A DNA stretch of 64,000 nt, taken from Silanimonas sp. (GTDB lineage: Bacteria > Pseudomonadota > Gammaproteobacteria > Xanthomonadales > Xanthomonadaceae). The notes below the pieces were generated by a model that saw nothing but the letters and a program-made list of their open reading frames with translations, searched no databases and was not told the origin of the DNA. Below, piece by piece: positions 22,221 to 31,306 of this stretch. How positions within the stretch are numbered: the first letter of the stretch is position 1; each line of letters begins with the position of its first letter. A program made the position numbers and the translations under genes. The stretch lies in NCBI RefSeq assembly GCF_018334015.1, contig NZ_JAGXTI010000002.1. The stretch is one strand, 5' to 3'.

Positions 22221-22350
22221 GGGTGGCGGGCGTTCGCCGCAGGCAGCGACCGGTGGTCGCTCAAGCGCCTGCGTCTCCATCCGGCCCGCCACAGGGTGGC
22301 GGGCGTTCGCCGCAGGCAGCGACCGGTGGTCGCTCAAGCGCCTGCGTCTC
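22221..22350. repeat. Two tandem copies of a 57-bp intergenic element, each containing a 7-bp-stem hairpin
   Basis: gggtggcgggcgttcgccgcaggcagcgaccggtggtcgctcaagcgcctgcgtctc occurs identically at 22221-22277 and 22294-22350 (period 73). Each copy has the internal palindrome agcgacc-ggt-ggtcgct. A partial third copy (ggcgggcgttcg) lies at about 22205. Confidence 0.9.
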
Positions 22351-23458
22351 ACCCACCCCAGCGGCGGCGGTGGGCGCCAGCGGCCATGACGATGCCGAAA
22401 CCGGCGAGCAACGACACCGCCGAGGTGCCGCCGTAACTGAGCAGGGGCATCGGTACACCGACCACCGGCAGGAAGCCGGCGACCATGCCGGCATTGACCA
22501 CGACATAGACCGAGAAAGTCAGTGTCAGCGCACCGGCCAAAAGCCGACTGTAGGTATCGCGTGCCTGCGCAGCCAGCCACAGGCCTCGCAGGGTGACGAA
22601 CAGGTACAGGCCGAGCAGCACCAGCACACCGATCCAGCCGAATTCCTCGGCGAACACCGAGAACACGAAATCGGTGGTGTGCTCCGGCAGGAAATCGAGC
22701 TGCGCCTGGGTGCCCTGCCCCCAACCCTTGCCGTCGATCCCGCCGGAGCCGATGGCGATCTTCGACTGGATGATGTTCCAACCAGCGCCGAGCGGGTCCG
22801 ATTCAGGGTCGAGGAAGGTCAGCACGCGATCCTTCTGGTAGGGCATCAGGAACTGCCAGGCGACCGGCAAAGCGGCCAGACCGATGCCGGCGAACAGGGC
22901 GATCCGCCACCAGGCGATGCCGGCCAGAAACACCACGAAGACCCCGGAAGCGCCGACCAGTAAGCCGGTGCCGAGATCGGGCTGCAGGATGGTGAGCGCC
23001 ACCGGCAGACCGATGATCACCGCGCACAGCGCCAAGCTGCGCCAGCCCGGCGGTAGCCGGGCCTGGTGCAGGAACCAGGCCGCCATCATCGGCACGCTCA
23101 GTTTCAGCAGCTCGCCCGGTTGCAGGTAGAACACCCCGAGGTCGAGCCAGAGATCAGCGCTGCGGCCTTGGCCAAACAGGAACACGAGCCCGATCAGACC
23201 GAGGCTGCCCAGGTAGGCGAGCGGCGTCCATTCACGCAGGAAGGTCGGCGAAAGACGGCTCAAGATCAGCAGGGCGACCAGACCCACGGCGAAGCGCACA
23301 CCCTGGGCCAGCACGGCGCGCAGTTCGCCATCAGCAGCACTGGCCTGAACCAGCAGGCTGGCCGCCATGATCGCCAGCAGGCCGGCGAGCAGCGGCCCGT
23401 CGACGCGATCGAGCAGACGCCCGGCCAAAGCGGTGAGCCAGCGCAGCAGCCCGCTCAT
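22349..23458 (-). CDS. rodA: Peptidoglycan glycosyltransferase RodA (SEDS family)
   Basis: 369-aa polytopic membrane protein ending PLLSYGGTSAVSLL. ATGA overlap with mrdA. Confidence 0.92.
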   Translation of the reverse strand: MSGLLRWLTALAGRLLDRVDGPLLAGLLAIMAASLLVQASAADGELRAVLAQGVRFAVGLVALLILSRLSPTFLREWTPLAYLGSLGLIGLVFLFGQGRSADLWLDLGVFYLQPGELLKLSVPMMAAWFLHQARLPPGWRSLALCAVIIGLPVALTILQPDLGTGLLVGASGVFVVFLAGIAWWRIALFAGIGLAALPVAWQFLMPYQKDRVLTFLDPESDPLGAGWNIIQSKIAIGSGGIDGKGWGQGTQAQLDFLPEHTTDFVFSVFAEEFGWIGVLVLLGLYLFVTLRGLWLAAQARDTYSRLLAGALTLTFSVYVVVNAGMVAGFLPVVGVPMPLLSYGGTSAVSLLAGFGIVMAAGAHRRRWGG

Positions 23459-25341
23459 GGTGCGGCCTCGTCCGGCGCGACCGCGGTCGGCGGCAGGGCC
23501 ATCCAGGCATCGAAGATGCGCCGAGCCACCGCCGCCGCCACCGCGCCCGAGCCGCCGTGCTCAACGATCACCGCCACCGCGATGCTCGGCTGTTCGACCG
23601 GCGCATAACCCACGAACAGCGCCTGATGGCGAAGATGCAGGGGCAGTCGGGCCGAATCGATGCGCGCATCGCCCTGCCGCCCGACCCGCTGCGCGGTGCC
23701 GGTCTTGCCAGCGATCCGGTAGGCGGCCCCCTCGCCAGAAAGCCTTGCGGTACCGGTTGGACCGTGCAGGGCGGCGACCAACCCGGCTTCGACGGCGGCC
23801 AGGGCCGCAGGGTCGCGGACCACCTGCTGCGGTGCCGGCTGCGGTAAAGCCTGCATGGGCTGGTCGAAACCGGCACGGACAGCGCGCACCAGATGCGGCC
23901 GACGCAACCTCCCATCGTCGGCGAGGGCTGCGGTGGCGCGGGCCAGTTGCAGCGGCGTGGTGACCCAGTAGCCCTGACCGATACCGGCGATGACCGTTTC
24001 GCCGGGAAACCAGGGCTGGCGGAAACGCGCCTGCTTCCAGGCCCGCGAGGGCAGCACGCCACTCGACTCGCCGCGCAGATCGATACCGGTCGGCTGGCCA
24101 AAACCATAGACCGCGAGATCGCGGCTGATGCCATCGATGCCGAGCTTCATCGCCAGCTCGAAGTAATAGGTGTTGACCGACTGCGCCAGCGATTCGACGA
24201 GAGCGACCCGGCCATGCCCACCGGGTCGCCAGTCGCGGTATTCACGGGCCTGGCCGGGCAAACGGAAAGCACCGGTCGAGAGCACCGTCCACTGCGGCGT
24301 GATCAGCCCGGCCTCCAGCCCGGCCAGGGCGAGGAAGGGCTTGAGCGTGGACCCCGGCGGAAAGCCTCCCAGCACATTGCGGTTGAACAGTGGCCGGGCC
24401 GGGTCCTCGTTGAGACGCCGGAAGTCGGCCACCGGGATGCCGCCGACGAAAAGATTGGGGTCGAAGGCCGGCAGGCTGACCATGCCAAGGATCTCGCCGG
24501 TCGTGGGCTCGATCGCCACGGCCGCGCCGTACTGGCCCTGGAAGGCCTCGACCATGGCCTGCTGCAGGCGGATATCGAGGCCAAGCTGCAGATCCTGTCC
24601 AGGCCGGGCGTCGTGGCGGCGCAAGACCCGCAGGGGCCGGTTCTCGACATTGGTCTCGACCGCCTGGTGACCGACCTCACCGCGCAACCGCGCCTCGTGG
24701 TAGCGCTCGATGCCGGTCCGGCCAAGATGTGGCAACACGCTGAAGCGCCGCTCGCCACGGGCCTCCAACGCGGCGAGGTCATCCGCATCGGGCCGGCCGA
24801 CATAACCGACCACGTGCGCGGTCAGGGCACCGAAGGGATAGCGCCGGGTCAGGTAGGGCACCACCTCGACGCCGGGGAAACGGTGGCGGTCGATCGCCAA
24901 CCGGGCGATCTCGGCCTCATCGAGCCGGGCTTTCAGCGGCACCGGTTGAAAGCGGCGGCTGGCACGACGGGCGGCCTCGAAACGGGCCAGATCGTTGGCA
25001 TCGAGGGCGACGATGCGGCCCAGTTCGTCGAGCAACGCAGGCAGGTCGGGCACCCGTTCCGGCACGATATCCAGCCGGTAGGCCGGGGCGTTGTCGGCCA
25101 GCAGCACGCCGTTGCGGTCGAACACCAGCCCACGGGCGGGGATGATCGGTTCGAGCCGGATGCGGTTCTCGTCCGAACGGGTGGCGTATTCCTCGTGGAG
25201 CAGGATCTGCAGTCGGCCGTAGCCCAGGGCCAAGGCCACAAGCAATGCGGTGACCACGATTCCGGCCAGCAACGCACGCCGGCGGAACTGCGTCGCCTCG
25301 TCGGCGGAGCGGCCGAGCGGACCTGGCCGCCAGCGGTTCAT
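23455..25341 (-). CDS. mrdA: Penicillin-binding protein 2 (elongasome transpeptidase)
   Basis: RSDENRIRLEPIIPARG, STLKP (SxxK) and KTGTAQ (KTG). ATG at 25339-25341 inside a longer ORF, overlapping the mreD stop. Confidence 0.92.
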   Translation of the reverse strand: MNRWRPGPLGRSADEATQFRRRALLAGIVVTALLVALALGYGRLQILLHEEYATRSDENRIRLEPIIPARGLVFDRNGVLLADNAPAYRLDIVPERVPDLPALLDELGRIVALDANDLARFEAARRASRRFQPVPLKARLDEAEIARLAIDRHRFPGVEVVPYLTRRYPFGALTAHVVGYVGRPDADDLAALEARGERRFSVLPHLGRTGIERYHEARLRGEVGHQAVETNVENRPLRVLRRHDARPGQDLQLGLDIRLQQAMVEAFQGQYGAAVAIEPTTGEILGMVSLPAFDPNLFVGGIPVADFRRLNEDPARPLFNRNVLGGFPPGSTLKPFLALAGLEAGLITPQWTVLSTGAFRLPGQAREYRDWRPGGHGRVALVESLAQSVNTYYFELAMKLGIDGISRDLAVYGFGQPTGIDLRGESSGVLPSRAWKQARFRQPWFPGETVIAGIGQGYWVTTPLQLARATAALADDGRLRRPHLVRAVRAGFDQPMQALPQPAPQQVVRDPAALAAVEAGLVAALHGPTGTARLSGEGAAYRIAGKTGTAQRVGRQGDARIDSARLPLHLRHQALFVGYAPVEQPSIAVAVIVEHGGSGAVAAAVARRIFDAWMALPPTAVAPDEAAP

Positions 25342-25832
25342 CGCCCCCCCACGCGTTCGCGATGGCGCAGGCGCAAGGCGTCGAGCAGCAGGAACACCCA
25401 GGGCCAGAGCAGGGTGCCGAGCAGTGGCGCCAGCAGCACGCCGAGCGGCGGCAGACCCGCCCCGCCGATGCCGCGCAGAACCAGCATCAACACCAGATCG
25501 TTGAGCAGCATCAGGCCCACCGCCGCGGCCTGCTGCCAAGCCGGGAAGAAGCGCAGTTGCGCACGGAAGCGCTGCACCAGAAACACCAGCACCGCCAGCC
25601 GCAGGGCCTGTTCGCCCAGCAGGGTGCCGGTCAGCACGTCGGCCAACAGGCCCAGCAGCCATGCCGCAACGATGCCGCCCGTACCCGGCGCTTCGAGTGC
25701 CCAGTAGACCAGCACCAGGGCCAGCAGGTAGGGCCGCATGTCGTCGAAGAGCGCGGGCAGCGGCAGCACCAGCACGAGCAGGCCGACGATCACGCTGCCA
25801 AGTCGCAGCCAGAGGGGCGTGGGACGGTTCAT
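25338..25832 (-). CDS. mreD: Rod shape-determining protein MreD
   Basis: 164-aa hydrophobic protein directly between mreC and mrdA, with overlapping stops and starts. Confidence 0.85.
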   Translation of the reverse strand: MNRPTPLWLRLGSVIVGLLVLVLPLPALFDDMRPYLLALVLVYWALEAPGTGGIVAAWLLGLLADVLTGTLLGEQALRLAVLVFLVQRFRAQLRFFPAWQQAAAVGLMLLNDLVLMLVLRGIGGAGLPPLGVLLAPLLGTLLWPWVFLLLDALRLRHRERVGGR

Positions 25833-26704
25833 GGACCGTTCTCGGGCGGTCCGACCGGACCTTCCGGGTCGCCGCGCATCACCAGCAGCACCTCGCGGCC
25901 GCGGTCGATCCGGGCCGCCGGCACCGCCTCGGCCTCGAGGAACAGACGACTCTCATCGGGCGCGATGCTCACCACCCGACCCACCGCGAAACCGGCCGGA
26001 AAACGCCCGCCGATGCCCGAGGTCACCAGCACATCATCGATCTGGACATCGGCCGAACGCGGGATGTTGGGCACCCGCAGGGCATCGCTGCGGCCGGTGC
26101 CGACCGCCACCAGACGCAGGCCGGTGCGCACCACCTGCACCGGCACAGCGTGGTTGGCGTCGGTGAGCAGCAAGGCGGTAGCGCCCCGCCCGGAGACCTC
26201 GATGACTTGGCCCAGCATACCGCCGGCATCGATCATCGCCTGGCCAACCTCGACGCCCTCGGCGCTGCCGAGATCGAGCCGCACCCGCTGCCGCCAGGGA
26301 TCAAGATCGACCTCGACGATGCCGGCCATCCGCACAGCAAGGCGGTAGCCGGCCTTGCCGCCGAGCAGTTCGCGCAGCCGGGCGTTCTCCTGGGCCACCG
26401 CCTCCAAGCGGGCGATCTGGGCATCGCGCAATTGCAGCTCGCGGCGCAGGGCGATGTTCTCGCCGGCCAGCCGTTCCTGCCGCGACAGATGGGTCTCGCC
26501 CCAGCCCCACACCCGCATCGGCAGGGCGGCGAGCTGCCAGATCGGCTCGACCGCGGTGGTCAGCGTGGCGCGGACGCGGGGCGAGAGCTCGCCACGGTGA
26601 TCGGCCACCATCAGCACCACCGAGAGCGCGATGCAGGCCAGCAGGGGCAGCGAGCCGGCAGCCGCTTCCGAGAGTTTCGGTGCTGGCGCGCCGGACTGGA
26701 TCAC
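25829..26704 (-). CDS. mreC: Rod shape-determining protein MreC
   Basis: N-terminal TM helix, coiled-coil (LRRELQLRDAQIARLEA), then beta-barrel domains. GTG start. Located downstream of mreB. Confidence 0.88.
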   Translation of the reverse strand: MIQSGAPAPKLSEAAAGSLPLLACIALSVVLMVADHRGELSPRVRATLTTAVEPIWQLAALPMRVWGWGETHLSRQERLAGENIALRRELQLRDAQIARLEAVAQENARLRELLGGKAGYRLAVRMAGIVEVDLDPWRQRVRLDLGSAEGVEVGQAMIDAGGMLGQVIEVSGRGATALLLTDANHAVPVQVVRTGLRLVAVGTGRSDALRVPNIPRSADVQIDDVLVTSGIGGRFPAGFAVGRVVSIAPDESRLFLEAEAVPAARIDRGREVLLVMRGDPEGPVGPPENGP

Positions 26705-26737
26705 GGGCGGGGCGGGAACGGACCGCGACGGGGCGGG

Positions 26738-27820
<1,083 letters not shown>

Positions 27821-27935
27821 TCAAAGAGTAGCAACCGGGGGTGCCTGCCCACAAGGAAAAAGCCCGTTAAACCGGCCACTTCCGGTATTCTGTGCGGCCT
27901 TTCCGCCCCCGAATCCGCCCGAGGACCCGACCCGA

Positions 27936-28871
27936 ATGAGTGCTGCCCTGATCTGCGGCTCGCTGGCCTACGACACCATCATGGTGTTCCCCGACCAGTT
28001 CAAGAACCACATCCTGCCGGACAAGGTGCACATCCTGAACGTGTCCTTCCTGGTGCCGCGGATGCGTCGCGAGTTCGGCGGCTGCGCCGGCAACATCGCC
28101 TACAACCTGCACCTTTTGGGCGGCAAACCGCTGCCGATGGCCACCGTCGGCGAGGATTTCGGCCCCTATCGGGCGCATTTCGAGGCCCTCGGCATCCCGC
28201 TCGACCACGTCAAGGAAATCGCCGGGCTCTTCACCGCGCAGGCCTTCATCACCACCGACCTCGACGACAACCAGATCACCGCCTTCCACCCCGGCGCGAT
28301 GATGCGCAGCTTCGAGAACCACGTCCGCGAGGTGCCGGGGGTCAGCTTCGGCATCGTCGGCCCGGACGGCTACGAGGCCATGCTGCAGAACTGCGCCGAG
28401 TTCGCCGAATGCGGCATCCCCTTCATCTTCGACCCCGGCCAGGCCATGCCGCTTTACAACGGCGAGGAACTGCGGCGGATGATCGACCAAGCCACTTACG
28501 TCACGGTCAACGACTACGAGTCGAGCCTGCTGCAGGAGCGCACCGGCTGGTCGGCCGAGGTGATCGCCAGCAAGGTCAAAGCCTACTTCATCACCCGCGG
28601 CCCGAAGGGTTCCGAGGTGCACACGCCGGAGGGCATGGTCCACATCCCTTCGGCCACCGCCATGCGTGTGGTCGACCCGACCGGCTGTGGCGACGCCTAC
28701 CGCGCCGGCCTGATCTTCGGCTTCATGAATGATCTCGACCTCGCCACCACCGGCCGCATCGCCAGCCTGATGGGCGCGCTCAAGATCGAGCATCTGGGTC
28801 CGCAGAACCAGCGCTTCGACTACGCCGATTTCGCTGAGCAGTTCCGCCAGCAGTTCGGGTACGCGCTCTAA
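27936..28871 (+). CDS. PfkB-family carbohydrate/nucleoside kinase
   Basis: GGCAGNIAYNL and DPTGCGDAYRAG (PfkB signature 2). Its substrate cannot be determined from sequence. ATG at 27936. Confidence 0.8.
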   Translation: MSAALICGSLAYDTIMVFPDQFKNHILPDKVHILNVSFLVPRMRREFGGCAGNIAYNLHLLGGKPLPMATVGEDFGPYRAHFEALGIPLDHVKEIAGLFTAQAFITTDLDDNQITAFHPGAMMRSFENHVREVPGVSFGIVGPDGYEAMLQNCAEFAECGIPFIFDPGQAMPLYNGEELRRMIDQATYVTVNDYESSLLQERTGWSAEVIASKVKAYFITRGPKGSEVHTPEGMVHIPSATAMRVVDPTGCGDAYRAGLIFGFMNDLDLATTGRIASLMGALKIEHLGPQNQRFDYADFAEQFRQQFGYAL

Positions 28872-28926
28872 GCCGGGCGACAGAGGCCCCTGCCCGGCGC
28901 GCGTCGAGCCCCTCCGGCGCGGCGGC

Positions 28927-29682
28927 TCAGTGGCCGAGCAAGGCGCGCTCCTCCGCCGCCAGCAGCCGCCACGCGCCTGCCGCCAGTCCGAGCGCATCAA
29001 GGCTCAGGCCGCCGATCGCCTCGCGGTGCAGGGTGAGCACCGCGTTGCCGGTGGCAGCGAACATCCGCCGCACCTGGTGGTAGCGGCCCTCGTGCAGAGT
29101 GAGGCGGGCCTCGCGCGGGCCCAGCACCTCAAGCACGGCAGGCAGCAAGGGCTTGGTCTCGCCCTCGAGCAGCAGGCTGCCGGCAGCGAACAGTTCGGCC
29201 TCGTTGCCGCGCAGGTCTTCGGCAAGCGTGGCGCGATAGACCTTCGGCTGGTGGTGCTTCGGGCTGGTCAGCCGGTGCAGCAGCTGGCCGTCGTCGGTGA
29301 ACAGCAGCAGGCCCGAGCTGTCCTTGTCGAGCCGCCCCACCGGCGAGACGATCGGCTCGCGCGCCTTCCAGCGCGCGGGCAGCAGGTCGTAGACCACGCG
29401 ACCGGGGTCCTTGGTCGAGCAGGTCACGCCGATGGGCTTGTGCATGGCCACCAGCAGGCCCTGCGCCGGATCGAGCGGCAGGCCATCGACGCGCAGCGCC
29501 GCATGCGGCAGCCGGTGGCCGCCGCGCACGGGTGTGCCCTCGCCCACTTCATCATCGACGTAGAGCGCCTCGCCCCCGGCATCGGTGACGCGGCCTTCGG
29601 CGAGCAGCGCCTCGACCTCGCGGCGCGTGCCGTAGCCGAGCGATTGCAGGTATTGGCGGAGCTTGACCGGTTTGGCCGCCAT
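28927..29682 (-). CDS. rsuA: rRNA pseudouridine synthase, RsuA family
   Basis: N-terminal S4-like segment (KLRQYLQSLGYGTRREVEALLAEGRV) and the catalytic motif GRLDKDSSGLLL. Assignment to RsuA rather than RluB/E is tentative. Confidence 0.75.
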   Translation of the reverse strand: MAAKPVKLRQYLQSLGYGTRREVEALLAEGRVTDAGGEALYVDDEVGEGTPVRGGHRLPHAALRVDGLPLDPAQGLLVAMHKPIGVTCSTKDPGRVVYDLLPARWKAREPIVSPVGRLDKDSSGLLLFTDDGQLLHRLTSPKHHQPKVYRATLAEDLRGNEAELFAAGSLLLEGETKPLLPAVLEVLGPREARLTLHEGRYHQVRRMFAATGNAVLTLHREAIGGLSLDALGLAAGAWRLLAAEERALLGH

Positions 29683-29687
29683 GCGCG

Positions 29688-30776
29688 TCAGCCCGGCGCC
29701 TTCGGCGACCACGCCCGGTAGACCTTGAAACCGCCCTGCTCGGCCAAGGCCTCGCCGCGCCCGAACAAGGCGCGCAGCTCGTCCTCGTAGGGCAGGTGGC
29801 GGTTGGCGACCAGCAGCAATGACCCGTCCGCGGTCAGCGCCCTGACCGCGGCGGCGATGAAGGCACGACCCAGCGCCGGCACGCTGCGCACGCCGACATG
29901 GAAGGGCGGGTTGCTAACGATGGCGTCGAAGCGGCCCGGAACCCCGGCGGCGACGTCGTGCCAGTGGTAGGCCACCGGCAGACGCGCACCGTCGAGGTTG
30001 CGCCGGGCAAGATCGATGGCACGGGCCTCGGCTTCGAACAGATCGAGCGCGGTGAGGCCGGGGCAGCGCTCCAGCACCGCCCGCGCCAACAGGCCGCTGC
30101 CGGCGCCGAGATCGGCCACACGACCGCGCAGGACCTTCGGCAGGTGCTCGATCAGCAAGGCCGAACCGGCATCGAGCCGGCCTTCGTTGAACACACCGGG
30201 GCGCGTCCACAGGCCGGTTGCAGCATCGCGGCGTGGCGCATCGGCGGCGAGCCAGCGCTCGGCCAACGCCTGCCGCTCAGGGTCGAGCAGCGCCGGGCGT
30301 GGCACCGTCCAGAACGCGCGGCCGTGCGCCTTGCTGATGACGCCCGCCAGTGGCGAGAGCGCAGCGAGGTCTTTCTCGAAGGACTTGGCGCCTTCGTCGT
30401 TGAGCGCGGCCGCCAGCACGCGGCCGCCCGGTGCGACATCGAGCACCGCCCGCGCCAGCAGGCCACGGCCCTCCTCGCGCGAGCGCGGCGGCAGCACGAT
30501 CACCGCATCGAGTGAGCCTCGCCCATCGTCCGAAGATGGACCGGCCTCGGAGGCAGCCGCAGCCGACGGAGCGCCCCGGACTGGGATGCCTTCGGCGGCG
30601 AGCGCGGAATGCGCCGGCAGGAAGCCCTGCTCGGCCCGCCAACGGATGCCGGCCGGGGTGCCGTAACTCAAGCCCGGCAGGGCACGCAGCACATCGATGC
30701 GTGGCGTGGGCGGCAGCGCTTCGCACAGACGCGGCAGGGCCGCGCGGAGCACGGCAAGCGGGTTGGACTCGGGCAT
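29688..30776 (-). CDS. rsmC: 16S rRNA m2G methyltransferase, RsmC-like
   Basis: Two-domain methyltransferase with DLGAGSGLL (SAM motif I) and SNPPFH (N-methyltransferase motif IV). Confidence 0.7.
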   Translation of the reverse strand: MPESNPLAVLRAALPRLCEALPPTPRIDVLRALPGLSYGTPAGIRWRAEQGFLPAHSALAAEGIPVRGAPSAAAASEAGPSSDDGRGSLDAVIVLPPRSREEGRGLLARAVLDVAPGGRVLAAALNDEGAKSFEKDLAALSPLAGVISKAHGRAFWTVPRPALLDPERQALAERWLAADAPRRDAATGLWTRPGVFNEGRLDAGSALLIEHLPKVLRGRVADLGAGSGLLARAVLERCPGLTALDLFEAEARAIDLARRNLDGARLPVAYHWHDVAAGVPGRFDAIVSNPPFHVGVRSVPALGRAFIAAAVRALTADGSLLLVANRHLPYEDELRALFGRGEALAEQGGFKVYRAWSPKAPG

Positions 30777-30840
30777 ACCGCCAGTGTAAGGGCAGCGCTG
30801 CGCTGAGGCTGCCCGCGCGGGTGTTGGCGTGGATCGCGCC

Positions 30841-31197
30841 TCAGCCTGCCGTCGTGCCGGCCCGCCGAGCAGCGATGAAGGAACGGACCATCAGCACCAG
30901 CAGAGCCACCGACAACGCCAGCATGCCGGCATTGACCCAGAAGGCCAGCGGGCTCATCTGCGCGGCGCGGATCGCCATCGCCGCCGCCGGTGCCAGCGCA
31001 CCGAGCAGGGCCACCACCGCCGCCACATGCATCAGGTGCTTGCGCGCGCCGTTGAAGGCGAGCGCGAGACCGGCCAGCAGGGCCAGCACGAGGCCCAGGT
31101 AAGCCGGCAGCAGCGCGGTACGGGTCGAGGAGATGCCGAAAGCACCGAGCCCGAGGGCGATCAGCAGGGCGGCGAAAATCAGCGTGGTCTTGGGCAT
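30841..31197 (-). CDS. Small integral membrane protein (four predicted TM helices), function unknown
   Basis: 118-aa hydrophobic ORF beginning MPKTTLIFAALLIALGLGAFG. It is the first gene beyond the left end of the R-M island. Confidence 0.6.
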   Translation of the reverse strand: MPKTTLIFAALLIALGLGAFGISSTRTALLPAYLGLVLALLAGLALAFNGARKHLMHVAAVVALLGALAPAAAMAIRAAQMSPLAFWVNAGMLALSVALLVLMVRSFIAARRAGTTAG

Positions 31198-31268
31198 CGG
31201 GATGGCGCTCGGAGAAGTTGGATCATGAGTGTGCCCGGTTTGTCGTCACCGGGGCGTCATCGGCGTCC

Positions 31269-31306
31269 TCACACCCCGATCGGGTTGGCCTTCTCGGCGT
31301 CGATGT
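31269..31306. repeat. Left copy of the 38-bp direct repeat (duplicate of the aceE 3' end)
   Basis: tcacaccccgatcgggttggccttctcggcgtcgatgt is identical to 36590-36627. The flanking bases differ (c versus t on one side, c versus t on the other). Confidence 0.95.

Noticed and set aside
22221-22350. Possible CRISPR array (identical repeats separated by a short unique segment).
   Set aside because: There are only two copies, with a 16-bp spacer, a 57-bp repeat and no cas genes anywhere in the window. It behaves like a tandem REP-type duplication.
31198-31268. Rho-independent terminator downstream of res, sought at the left island junction.
   Set aside because: Only a weak 5-bp stem (cccgg...ccggg) without a U-tract is present, so a terminator cannot be supported.
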